From a virus (taxonomy: Duplodnaviria > Heunggongvirae > Uroviricota > Caudoviricetes): DNA of 64,000 nt. Positions within the stretch are counted from its first letter, which is position 1. The number at the start of each line of letters is the position of its first letter. The notes below the pieces were generated by a model, which did no database searches, was not told the DNA's origin, and was given only the letters and a program-made list of their open reading frames with translations. The position numbers were made by a program, and so were the translations under genes. This document shows positions 37,814-47,828 of the stretch, one piece after another. Location of the stretch: positions 22,054 to 86,053 of the IMG/VR virus record IMGVR_UViG_3300022924_000017. The stretch is one strand, 5' to 3'.

Positions 37814-38899
37814 GTGCTTACCCCATCAAATAACCTGTTAACCGTTGACGGTTGGAAAAACGTCACTGAATTAAATGTCGGTGATGAGATTTTAACGACC
37901 AACTTCGCGGGTCACGGTATATTCTCCCCGATACTCAACATTACAGAGTACGACTACGATGGATATATTTATGAACATGTGCATATCTTCAAGCGACAGG
38001 GTGGTATTATTAGTCACTTTTCACTTACCGAAGACAGCACGCTACCCATTAGAAAGACGCTGTTTCGCAAGAGCATTCTCACAGGTGAACGTATTGCAGT
38101 TGAACAAATCGACAATATCAAAATCAAAGACATTAAGAAGAATGTTCAAGCAATCGTCAAAAGCCCTCTTCAGTTCACAATGAAAGATAAGCGTCATCAG
38201 GCTGGAGTAATCAAAAATGGTTCACTGGATATGAGCGAGTCAGAGTATTTCAGACTTCTTGCTTATGCGGTTTTTAGGGGAGCGATTACACAAGACGAAG
38301 GTTCTCGTCACACCCTTACAATGTTCAGGGTTCGTGAAAAAGATGACCCGACACGTCTCATGGATTTGCTTGATCGCAACCGAATCGCGTATCGTACATC
38401 AAGTGGGGTGAAGAACGGTTATTTAGAACGCTTGATATTCTTGCGAAGCAGCGCAGGTGCGGCTCGTTCTTTAAAAAGGTTCATAGGTAAAAGGGTGTAC
38501 GAGCGAAAAATACCGAACGTGGTTATGCGCTCAACCTCACCTGACGCTGTTTATGCGTTCATCACGGAAGTTCTACGAATCAAGAAACCTGAGTGGGACT
38601 TTGACAACGGTATCCCTTCAAAAGGTCCACCCCTAGACTTTAGCGTGAGTAATGTAGAGCAAGCTGAACAGCTCGCAGACCTTTTCTTCAAGATTGGCTA
38701 CCCAACAACAATAACTACAACAAGCTATTCTACACAGTTGGTTGTGAACCGTCCAAAGTTCGCTAGAATAAAGGTAGAGGACATTATCAAAAAAAAATAC
38801 ACTGGAAAGGTGTACGCAGTCGATGTCATCAATGAAATGGCAGTCTGCAACCCCACAAACCTCGGCCCCCGTTTCTCAATGGTGGTCAAAGTAAATTAG
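37814..38899 (+). CDS. free-standing intein-like (Hint-domain) protein with central endonuclease-like insert
   Basis: GTG start 5 nt after AGGTGG RBS; N-terminus (M/V)LTPSNNLLTVDGWKNVTELNVGDEIL matches intein block A with Cys1 replaced by the initiator; C-terminus KVYAVDVINEMAVCN resembles block F/G. Confidence 0.55.
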   Translation: MLTPSNNLLTVDGWKNVTELNVGDEILTTNFAGHGIFSPILNITEYDYDGYIYEHVHIFKRQGGIISHFSLTEDSTLPIRKTLFRKSILTGERIAVEQIDNIKIKDIKKNVQAIVKSPLQFTMKDKRHQAGVIKNGSLDMSESEYFRLLAYAVFRGAITQDEGSRHTLTMFRVREKDDPTRLMDLLDRNRIAYRTSSGVKNGYLERLIFLRSSAGAARSLKRFIGKRVYERKIPNVVMRSTSPDAVYAFITEVLRIKKPEWDFDNGIPSKGPPLDFSVSNVEQAEQLADLFFKIGYPTTITTTSYSTQLVVNRPKFARIKVEDIIKKKYTGKVYAVDVINEMAVCNPTNLGPRFSMVVKVN

Positions 38900-38908
38900 G
38901 AGAACATT

Positions 38909-39499
38909 ATGATTACAGTACACAACCCGACCAATCTACCACTCGTCAAAATCAGTGAAGCAATACCCGTTCAGGGTGACTTGAAAGTGCTCACTCAAGA
39001 GAACTACGATAAGCTCAAACAATCAATCCTTAGTGACGGGTTCTACCTACCTATCTTCGTCTGGAAGCACGATGGTGACATCTACCTGCTCGACGGTCAC
39101 TCGCGACAAAAGGTCATGGAAAAAGAAGGTTGGGACGTTGAAGTACCTTACGTGGCTGTTGAAGCTGAAGACTACGATGAAGCTCGACGCAAAATTCTAT
39201 ACATTTCGTCACAATACGGTGTCATCACAGAAGATGGCTTCAATGACTTCGTAGTAGGCCTCGAACACTTGGATATTTCGAACATACACTTTGACGCACT
39301 TGATTATACACTTGCAACTGACGCATTCGTGGACGTTAACGAAGCTGAAGACGAAGCTCTCTCAAGTATGGTTGATGAGAAAGAGAAGACGTACTCACTC
39401 ACGATTAAGGCTGCTGACGAAGAGACAATCCTTGAAATTAACGACAGCATTCGAGACGTTCTCGACCAGTACAGCGGTATTAGCGTTCGGGTCAAGTAG
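38909..39499 (+). CDS. ParB-like nuclease domain protein
   Basis: YLLDGHSRQKVMEKEGWDVEVPYVAV ParB/Sulfiredoxin N-domain motif. Confidence 0.55.
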   Translation: MITVHNPTNLPLVKISEAIPVQGDLKVLTQENYDKLKQSILSDGFYLPIFVWKHDGDIYLLDGHSRQKVMEKEGWDVEVPYVAVEAEDYDEARRKILYISSQYGVITEDGFNDFVVGLEHLDISNIHFDALDYTLATDAFVDVNEAEDEALSSMVDEKEKTYSLTIKAADEETILEINDSIRDVLDQYSGISVRVK

Positions 39500-39825
39500 T
39501 GAAAGCTACCGTCTGCAAATACTGCAAAGCGGTTGATAAGCACTATTCGTTCCAATGCTCACAGCGACCTCGCAAAGAGGTAGAAGCGAAACCGCGCAAA
39601 GCAATCAAGCAACGCGGTAAGCACTATGATTTATGGCAAGAAGCTCGTGCTATCTTCGTGGCGAACAACCCAGATGCGAAGTGTTCGGTATGTGGTAACC
39701 CCGCAACCGATGTCGACCATATTATTAAACGTAGCGTTCGACCAGACCTGCGATATGTTCAAAGCAACCTTCAATGGTTATGCCGTAGATGTCACACCCT
39801 TAAGGATAATGGTATTCAGTTATAA
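39499..39825 (+). CDS. HNH endonuclease
   Basis: CKYCK...CSVCG...DVDHIIKRS...NLQWLCRRCHTLKDN. Confidence 0.75.
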   Translation: MKATVCKYCKAVDKHYSFQCSQRPRKEVEAKPRKAIKQRGKHYDLWQEARAIFVANNPDAKCSVCGNPATDVDHIIKRSVRPDLRYVQSNLQWLCRRCHTLKDNGIQL

Positions 39826-40323
39826 TCAGGGTAGATGACAGAGAAAGAATGGAAGTCGCCTCGCAAAATCGAAGAAGAGATAAAGCTCTATAGATTAAAG
39901 CGGTTCGAAGACTACATGCGAATGGTTGATCGTGGCGAGCTTAGTCGCTCACTTGCAATCGCAGCTCTGAGAGACGAAATTGAATATAGCACACAGCTAA
40001 CAGTGGAGACCGAACATGCTGATACCTAGAGAACCGAGCCCAGTAATCGAAATTCACACAGGTGACGAAGACTACGAACTCGACCGTGAGAATACGGTCA
40101 TTCGCCTTTACTCTGAAGAATACGAAACCATGAACCACGTGGTGCACACTCGCGAAGCCATGGGTCAAACAGCAATGAAGGCTATAATGCTGTTCAACCA
40201 GCCAGAACTTATTTCAATACTCGACGACCACGACTTCACTATGGTCTGGCAGAAATACCCTGCAGATGATGTGGTTGAGTACTATACTGAATACCAGATG
40301 AACTCACTCGACACCGACCTTAG

Positions 40324-41070
40324 TTAGTCTTTCATACTCCAGCGACCGTCTGACCATACCCACGACCACGCGCCAATACTTGCGCCAATAAGAACGATAA
40401 CCGCTACGATTGTCACGATGACATTATTCACTAGCTTGTAGCCCAGCGAGTCTTTTCTCAGCTGTTCAATAGACACAGTTTCAAGTTTCACCTGGCCACC
40501 AAAAGCAGATGCTAAGGTTCCTTCTGATGTGTTCGTCAAAAATGAAGCGGTGAACTTGAGCGGTACTACGTTATAATAGTATCTGTCGCTAAAGTCTTTA
40601 CGGTGATACCCGTCAACTCGAGTGACGAAGTTACCGATATTGAAGTTATTCGCATTGTACTCTCGCCCGAAGTAGGTGATTTTATCAGCATACTTTTCTT
40701 CACTACCAACCCTGTCCCAGCTGTAGTAGGTACGAGTACAAGTACGTGGGTGTTTGCTAGAACCGCAAGAATAGGTTTGTGTGTGTCTAGTGTAGCGTTC
40801 ATGCACCTCCTCTACGTAAGTAAACGACTCTTTTTGGTCGTCAAACTTCGTACCTTTTTTAGTTTCAAACTCACCGCGAGATAGAACGAGCCCTTGGTGC
40901 GAGTCTACGTCGTAGTTGAACTCGTCCTGTTTCTCTGCTGGTATTGCGATATTGTATTTGTAAGCGGTCTTCCAACCCTCAGTGTCAGCGTAGTCTTTGA
41001 TTAAGAAGCCTAGGCCAATGACAATTGCCGCAGCAATGAAGATGATGAGTATTCGCTTCAGGTCGTTCAT
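40324..41070 (-). CDS. membrane protein (possible partner of LemA)
   Basis: N- and C-terminal TM helices; 248 aa. Confidence 0.4.
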   Translation of the reverse strand: MNDLKRILIIFIAAAIVIGLGFLIKDYADTEGWKTAYKYNIAIPAEKQDEFNYDVDSHQGLVLSRGEFETKKGTKFDDQKESFTYVEEVHERYTRHTQTYSCGSSKHPRTCTRTYYSWDRVGSEEKYADKITYFGREYNANNFNIGNFVTRVDGYHRKDFSDRYYYNVVPLKFTASFLTNTSEGTLASAFGGQVKLETVSIEQLRKDSLGYKLVNNVIVTIVAVIVLIGASIGAWSWVWSDGRWSMKD

Positions 41071-41310
41071 TCGAACTTCTCAGCCAATCCCATATCTACC
41101 GAGTACCCACCGTTTGCAAGAGGTATTACACCTGGCCCGTACCGCTTTTCACCTGCGGTTTGCGAACAGAATGGGCACTTGTTTTGCTGGTACAGAAGTA
41201 CCTTGTCGTCACCGTCGCTCAACATAGTAGATTCGATAATCTTCGTGTTCTTGCCGAGGGCTGGGCAGTCGTGCATATAGACAGGGGTAGCTTCTGTATG
41301 TTCAGACATA

Positions 41311-41940
41311 TTATTCCTTGTCGAAAAGGTCGCGAGCTTCTGCGTTGTTTACGTTGTAGTCAAGAAGTGGTTTGCGTGATAGGTCTTTACCAAGAATGCT
41401 CAAGAATAGAGTGTTTGGGAACCCTTGAACGTACTGGTTGTAGTCTTTCACTGTATCGTTGTACTGTTCGCGGTATTGTGCAAGACGGTTTTCGGTCGCG
41501 CTAAACTCTAGCATTGTTTGCTTGTATAGTTCGGTTGACTTGATCTCAGGGTACGCTTCTGTCACAGCTTGAAGTGTCAACTGCGCTTGCTCTACGTTAC
41601 CCTTATTAGCTTGTGAACGTGCTTCTGCGATGGTTGTTTGAGTTTCTTGCTCAAATGTACGAGCTGATTGCACAGCGTCTACAAGGTTGTTAAACAGGTC
41701 GACACGTCGTTGTTCTTCTTTGCTGATGTTTGACTTTGCAGTTGCTACAGTTTCAGACTTGTTAACGTAAGTGTTGTTGTAACCTGCGAGCCCACCAATG
41801 ATGATCCATAGCAGTACAAATGCTACTCCTAAACCGATAAAAATGCTGATTGCTTTACTTGTTGCGTACCAAGGTGTTTTCGAGGGTGACATTGTATTCT
41901 CCGAGTTAATATGCTTTTCATAGATTATAACACTGCACAA
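41311..41940 (-). CDS. LemA-family protein
   Basis: N-terminal TM helix plus the LemA-like region ...RRVDLFNNLVDAVQSARTFEQETQTTIAEAR... Confidence 0.65.
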   Translation of the reverse strand: MCSVIIYEKHINSENTMSPSKTPWYATSKAISIFIGLGVAFVLLWIIIGGLAGYNNTYVNKSETVATAKSNISKEEQRRVDLFNNLVDAVQSARTFEQETQTTIAEARSQANKGNVEQAQLTLQAVTEAYPEIKSTELYKQTMLEFSATENRLAQYREQYNDTVKDYNQYVQGFPNTLFLSILGKDLSRKPLLDYNVNNAEARDLFDKE

Positions 41941-42380
41941 CTGTTTTTATAAGTGTATAATAGATGTAACGGGGGCGATATAGATTTCGACAGTAGTACC
42001 TAACAGTTAAGTTGCAAGTACATGATTAGTTCAATCACACTTAAACGCAAACACATTCGTTTCAAAAGTTAAGAACGCAGTTGCGCAATTCGTTGCCAGC
42101 CCAGTTCTTGCTACAGCTGCTTACTAGCGGTGCGTTTTATGCAAGTTCGTTATTAGCGCATAAAACGTTATACACCCTATAAATAACGTTGTCGCGGTTT
42201 CTTACTCCCACGCAAAACAAAAGGTAAGCTGAGCACACTCCTAGATGTCTGACCTTAAACAGAACAAACTTGTAGACGCTTAATTATTAAACCGCTGGAC
42301 TCGGGTGCAATACCCGACGCTTCCACCAATTAGAACCTTTACAACACGGCACGACTCACAAAGAAAAGACAAGAAAAGAA

Positions 42381-42827
42381 ATGACAAAAACACAACCTGT
42401 AGAATTAGTATTTGAAAAGAACGGCACTAGCTGGGGCCTTAGTAGCGACATCGTTAAACACACGATTGACCTACCTATACCAGAAATGGGCTTCGACCAA
42501 GGTGTTCACCTAGTCGGGGCAAAAGTAATCAGTAGTATTAGCACCAAAGACGACAAGTCGGGCGGAGCTTCAGATACTGGGTACATCAATATGGTCGCAA
42601 ACATTATCACCGACCAAGACGTATCGAACATTGTGGGATCGGTTCTCACAATCGTTGACGCAACAATCACTGATAAGGACCAACGCAAAGCGTTCAAGTC
42701 GCTTATCAAACAGGCAATCTATAGCCGATACAGTAGCGTAACCATGCGCTCAGGGCAAATCGTTGGCGAATCTGGGTACACCATTAACCCAGGGCCAGAC
42801 GGTATAACAGAACCAACAGAGAACTAA
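42381..42827 (+). CDS. hypothetical protein
   Basis: 148-aa ORF after a 440-nt intergenic region. Confidence 0.4.
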   Translation: MTKTQPVELVFEKNGTSWGLSSDIVKHTIDLPIPEMGFDQGVHLVGAKVISSISTKDDKSGGASDTGYINMVANIITDQDVSNIVGSVLTIVDATITDKDQRKAFKSLIKQAIYSRYSSVTMRSGQIVGESGYTINPGPDGITEPTEN

Positions 42828-43301
42828 TAAAATAAAATAATTGTCGTGCCGTGCTATAACGGTTATAATAGAAGTACACCAGAGCTAGACTGCCAAACAA
42901 AACGAGCGTATCTATACGAACGAATGGGGTCAGCGGGCAGGACACGGTTCTGGGTCAATGATGTATTGTCTGACCCCAGAAATTATTATGGTAACAGCAG
43001 AAGAAATCAAACAGCGTTTCGAAAACGCAAAAAATCAACCGCTTGACCCAAATCTCAGGTTTACTTGCGCTTGCGGTAAACACGCCCCAGATGTACAATT
43101 AACAGATAAAGATTATCAAGAAATTGCAGATATACTAAATGGCGAATCATAAACGAAAACCAAATTACAAGTCCAAACGTTCGTGTGGGCTTTGTAAACC
43201 ATGGAAGCGCATTGGTAACAGCAAGAAACTTGAAGACCGCAAGACGGTACTGGCTGCTATGACTTAGGTACAATCAAGTACCAATAAGCATAGGAGTTCC
43301 C

Positions 43302-43703
43302 ATGGGACAACTTAAACGCGACCACGGGGGTTATCACTCAAGTGGTCTCTGGATCAAATACCAACAACCCGCTGTGGTTGAAAACGTGTCACGCAAAGCG
43401 AAGAAAAAAGACACGAAAAAATGGTGCAAAGGTAAAGTAGGAGTCGAACACAAATGGGTGCAAACACTGCACCGCTCACGTTACGACCGCTACAGCTACT
43501 ACACCAGCAAATGCGACACCTGCAAAAAGGTGATATACCAAAAGCGAGTAAAGTCACAACCCCTCAAAATTGAAGTAGAGGGGTCTTCGGGCATTCGCTC
43601 ATTCCCTATACAAGTTAAAGTAAACGGTAAAGCGATACCAATCGACCCCCGACGTTTTACAGAAGACTTTTGCTGGCAGTGTATGGAATGGCACCAGTAC
43701 TAA
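43302..43703 (+). CDS. hypothetical basic protein
   Basis: 133-aa ORF. Confidence 0.35.
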   Translation: MGQLKRDHGGYHSSGLWIKYQQPAVVENVSRKAKKKDTKKWCKGKVGVEHKWVQTLHRSRYDRYSYYTSKCDTCKKVIYQKRVKSQPLKIEVEGSSGIRSFPIQVKVNGKAIPIDPRRFTEDFCWQCMEWHQY

Positions 43704-44109
43704 TCGCAAGTTCATACCACTCTTGTGTTTCGTTGATACAGCGAATCTTGTGAGAACGCTCCTCTTTCTTACGACGAACGAATGTTATGCGACCTTTCTC
43801 AGTTCGCCAGATCGCGTCTAAGTTAGAGTTGCAGTTCTGGTGCATAGGACGCAAGTTGCTTACGTCGTACTTGCACTGTGGGTAATCCTGTACCCGTAGA
43901 ATGTGGTCGAGTGACAGTTCGTATTTCCAGACGGGTTCACCGCAAAAAGCGCACAACCAACCAGTATCACCCTCTTCGCTGAACTCGGTGACTGGGTTTT
44001 GTTTCCCCCATTTTTGTCTGGTTAGTTTCCATTTATTTGTTGATAATACTTTTGCCATTGTGAACCTTAATTTGTTCGCATTGTACCATTTGCCCCGTTG
44101 TGTCTGCAA
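43657..44109 (-). CDS. HNH endonuclease
   Basis: CAFCGEPV...LDHILRVQDYPQ...NLRPMHQNCN. Confidence 0.7.
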   Translation of the reverse strand: MQTQRGKWYNANKLRFTMAKVLSTNKWKLTRQKWGKQNPVTEFSEEGDTGWLCAFCGEPVWKYELSLDHILRVQDYPQCKYDVSNLRPMHQNCNSNLDAIWRTEKGRITFVRRKKEERSHKIRCINETQEWYELAISTGAIPYTASKSLL

Positions 44110-44135
44110 GCATATTCCTGTATAATTAGCACCAG

Positions 44136-44504
44136 ATGAGAATAGAGGACGTAATCAAAGGTATCAAAGAGACTCGCGAGGAATTGCGCTCCCCCGATGC
44201 GATTACCGCCCCTGTTCTGCTTAGTGAGAATATGTACAAGCTCGCTCAATACGTTTCAGCCGCAGAAGAAATCGTAGCTGACATCGAGTCAGAAATGATT
44301 CTGTTTGAAGCCGAGAAGGTAAAAGAGCTGTCTCGCAACAACTGGTCAGACACAAAGGTCAACCAGAAGGTGCGGCTTGAAAGCGCAGCGAACCGTGCGA
44401 CCGTAGCACGTCTCAACAAACTAATTGACTCATCATGGCGACTTATCAACGTATCACAATCACGACGTAACCATATAGCAGAGGAGCTAAAAAACTTACT
44501 ATGA
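44136..44504 (+). CDS. hypothetical protein
   Basis: 122-aa ORF. Confidence 0.35.
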   Translation: MRIEDVIKGIKETREELRSPDAITAPVLLSENMYKLAQYVSAAEEIVADIESEMILFEAEKVKELSRNNWSDTKVNQKVRLESAANRATVARLNKLIDSSWRLINVSQSRRNHIAEELKNLL

Positions 44505-44759
44505 AAACCTTATTCGACAAATACTTCTACAAGGCTGATGACACGATTCTTATTCGTTCGTCAGTTATGCAACAAAAGACTGGTCTGGCTTTATTTCTTG
44601 CTGGTGACCGTCTACCCCCTTACATTTACAAGGTGCAGGTGACCAACCGCACTTGGCGTGGCTACACTGTCGTCGATGGTGATAACCTCAAGTACTTTGT
44701 TAAGTTCAAGTATGTTATCACACGGGAAGAAGTAGTCGAACCCGCTACGAAGAAGTAAA

Positions 44760-45419
44760 ATGGACGCGGTATATCTTTACAAGCATACGAACAGCGATGA
44801 ACTATTCTATTCGATTCGCTTGCTTCAGAAGTTCTACCCCGACCTTGGCACTATCTACGTTATCGGTGATTTGCCACCAACACGGCTGCACGGTGAAGTA
44901 GTCCATATTCTACACCGTTCAATCGTGGGTAAGTTCGCTGACCAAATGCTCAAGTTCGCACTCGCGGTTCGCATTCCAGAACTGACCGACCAATTTATTC
45001 TTATGATGGACGATGTTTATCTCACCGCACCTTTTGAGCCATACCGAATGTACGACCGTAAGTACCCAATGCTAAACGAGAAAATAAAATCTCGCGCTGA
45101 TGACCCGTACCGCAAATCACTTATCAAGACGGACGTGTACCTGAAGCAAAATGACCTCGGTACCCGTAACTACGAACTCCACGTACCTGCTCTGATTGAA
45201 AAAGAGAAGGCGTTGTATATGACAAACAACCTCATCGACACGGATTTCGACCTGCAAATTAAAAGCCTGTACTTCAACTTCTACCCTTCGCTTGACGGGC
45301 TGGGTTCAGTGCCGTATGATGATGTTAAAAACATTAAAATCGAAGACGTTAATGCCTACTTATCGACAAGCAATGTTAAGTTCGAAAAATATAGGAAGTT
45401 TTTGGATCAATTACTATGA
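44760..45419 (+). CDS. putative glycosyl- or hexose-phosphate transferase (Stealth-like), uncertain
   Basis: ILMMDDVYL acidic motif; operonic with the GT2 and MTase genes. Confidence 0.3.
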   Translation: MDAVYLYKHTNSDELFYSIRLLQKFYPDLGTIYVIGDLPPTRLHGEVVHILHRSIVGKFADQMLKFALAVRIPELTDQFILMMDDVYLTAPFEPYRMYDRKYPMLNEKIKSRADDPYRKSLIKTDVYLKQNDLGTRNYELHVPALIEKEKALYMTNNLIDTDFDLQIKSLYFNFYPSLDGLGSVPYDDVKNIKIEDVNAYLSTSNVKFEKYRKFLDQLL

Positions 45420-46810
45420 ATGAACCTGTAGTCGGGGTTGCAATATCAACCTACAAAAGACCAGATGTTTTCAAGAAAACATACAAAGAAATTAAAAAGT
45501 ATCTGCCAAAAGGTGCCGTGCTTGTCGTTGTATCAGACCACGATGAAAATGCACCCAAAGAAGCTGATTACGTCTTCCCTGAACGTGGTGGTGTTGCAAG
45601 AGTCAAGAACAAATGCCTCGAACTGCTCGAAGAACGCGGTGCGACTGACTTTTTCCTGTTCGATGATGACACATACCCAAAGGTAAAAGACTGGTGGAAA
45701 CCTTACGTCGACAGCGAAGAGCCCCACCTTATGTACCAGTTTCGGGAGTTCGCAAATAACCCAGCAAAACAGCTTACCGATATGCTTGAAATATACCGCG
45801 ACAGCACAATCGTTGCTTACTCACACACTCGCGGTTGCATGATTTATGCTAACAAGTTAGTGCTTGAAAAAGTGGGCGGCTTAGACCCTCGATTCGGTAT
45901 CTCGATGTTCGAACACACCGCATGGACTAACCGCATCTTCAACGCTGGCCTTACTACGTTCAGAGCAATGGACGTGCCTGACAGTTCGAAGCTGATCTAC
46001 AGCATGGACGAATACCAAGAGGTTTCAAGCTCAATCGAACAACACGCACGTCGAACTGGTCTTGCGAACAACGCGAAATTGTATCGCGAATCACTAAAAT
46101 CCAGCGAGTACATTGATTACCGAGAGGTCAAGAAGTCTGATAGCGCAGGAATGAACAACGTAATTATCGCTTCTTACTTTACATCGCACGAAGACCCTCA
46201 ACGCAAGGTAAACTGGTCAGCAGATTACAGTGCTATGAAGCCGCTCATTGATTCATTGCAGGGCGAAAAGCTAGTGCTTCTGCACGATTGCTTCGATGAA
46301 CCCGACACCGAGCAGGTCACACACATAAAAGTCGAGAGCGTATTAAACCCGTACTTTCAGCGGTGGCTCAGTATTTATCGCTACCTGAAACAGCACCCCG
46401 AAATTGATAATGTTTTCTGCGTCGATTCAACTGATGTCGAGGTGGTTAACAACCCGTTCAGAGACATGGAACCTGGCAAGATTTACTCTGGTATCGAGCA
46501 GGGTGTGCCTTCACAAAGCAGATGGTTGAGACAGCACTCAACCGTTGAACCATATCGCACTTTCACCGCGCGAAACCGTCAGCACATACTCAATTGCGGT
46601 GTCGTTGGTGGCTCTCGTGAAGACATTATCGACATCTGCAGGGGTATTTACACCCGATACTTCGATAGCGGTAAGAAAATAACAGTCGAAATGCCGATTT
46701 ATGGCTTTCTGCTACGAACCTTCTACGCTGGTAGGGTTGTCACTGCGGGTGTTACAAATCAATTCAAGTCGTTCAAGTCAGATGGCACCGAACGATTCAA
46801 ACATAAATAG
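45416..46810 (+). CDS. two-domain glycosyltransferase (N-terminal GT2-like)
   Basis: VGVAISTYKRPD and FLFDDDT (DxD) motifs; second domain VIIASYFTSHED ... CVDSTDVE. Confidence 0.6.
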   Translation: MNEPVVGVAISTYKRPDVFKKTYKEIKKYLPKGAVLVVVSDHDENAPKEADYVFPERGGVARVKNKCLELLEERGATDFFLFDDDTYPKVKDWWKPYVDSEEPHLMYQFREFANNPAKQLTDMLEIYRDSTIVAYSHTRGCMIYANKLVLEKVGGLDPRFGISMFEHTAWTNRIFNAGLTTFRAMDVPDSSKLIYSMDEYQEVSSSIEQHARRTGLANNAKLYRESLKSSEYIDYREVKKSDSAGMNNVIIASYFTSHEDPQRKVNWSADYSAMKPLIDSLQGEKLVLLHDCFDEPDTEQVTHIKVESVLNPYFQRWLSIYRYLKQHPEIDNVFCVDSTDVEVVNNPFRDMEPGKIYSGIEQGVPSQSRWLRQHSTVEPYRTFTARNRQHILNCGVVGGSREDIIDICRGIYTRYFDSGKKITVEMPIYGFLLRTFYAGRVVTAGVTNQFKSFKSDGTERFKHK

Positions 46811-46822
46811 AAAAGAGAGAAA

Positions 46823-47338
46823 ATGGCTGGAGTTTCAGATTTCGAAAACAAACATATTATTAGGCAGTGGTTGCTAGACCACGAAGATGACTTTAAAACC
46901 GTGCTCGACATTGGTGCGGGCGTGGGTACATATTCACTAATGGGTCGTATGCCATCTCAACACTGGACCGCGCTCGAGGTTTTTGAGCCGTATGTTGAAA
47001 TGTTCAACCTTGAAAATAAATACAATGAAGTAATTGTTGAAGACGCTCGAACTCACGAGTATAAAGACTACGATCTTATCATTGCGGCAGATATGATTGA
47101 GCACATGGAAAAAGAAGAAGCAAAAACCCTCATTAAAAAACTGATTGAGCATTCAAAAACTTTGTTGCTTTGCTTCCCTGTAGTTCATCACGACCAGCAC
47201 GCAGGAGCCGAAGGTAATGATTTTGAGACACACGTTGACCATTGGGACGTAGAAGAGATGGACGATTTCTTGGCTGATAACGATTTCACTTCTATTGTTG
47301 GTGAAGTCTGTGCTTACTACCACGTTAGCAAACCCTAA
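46823..47338 (+). CDS. class I SAM-dependent methyltransferase
   Basis: motif I VLDIGAGVGTYS; acidic residue after beta2 (DLIIAADMIEH). Confidence 0.65.
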   Translation: MAGVSDFENKHIIRQWLLDHEDDFKTVLDIGAGVGTYSLMGRMPSQHWTALEVFEPYVEMFNLENKYNEVIVEDARTHEYKDYDLIIAADMIEHMEKEEAKTLIKKLIEHSKTLLLCFPVVHHDQHAGAEGNDFETHVDHWDVEEMDDFLADNDFTSIVGEVCAYYHVSKP

Positions 47339-47828
47339 TCTTTTTTGGTGATTGTTAGAGCGTGGTGAAACAGCCCCCCCTACCCCCCAAGAACTTAAAC
47401 GTCTTGAAGGATAGGTAAGCTGAATCTTTCTCGGAGCCATGCCGTCGGAGTTTCATCAGTGTAACCACCCCCTATAAGTAGTACAATGACCTGTCACGTC
47501 AAAGGGTTACAGCGACAACCTGCTATATCATTCTGTCCAAACAGTAAACTGCAAATCAGAAGTCGATAAGAATATAGCGTCGAGGGTTTGCACCTCTTCC
47601 TGGTTCTCGTCCCAATTCATATCATACAGGGCGTCCTTTGCCAATGCTACTTTTTTCATTGTCCTGTATAATAGTAATATGGTAGAAGATAAAATACACA
47701 TCAGCAGCCCACAAAACCGTGAACAACGACGAGCGACTAAGCCGTCAGATCCAAAGTACACGAAAGCACGCTGGGCAATGCAGCCGAAAGCTGAGCTACG
47801 ACGCAAACGAAAATTAGGGAGAAAATAA

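Noticed and set aside
42846-43152. Overlapping ORFs 42846-43046 and 42958-43152 as a possible frameshifted single gene
   Set aside because: The first ORF has an odd composition and no RBS. The second (64 aa) is plausible alone. The evidence for a frameshift is insufficient.
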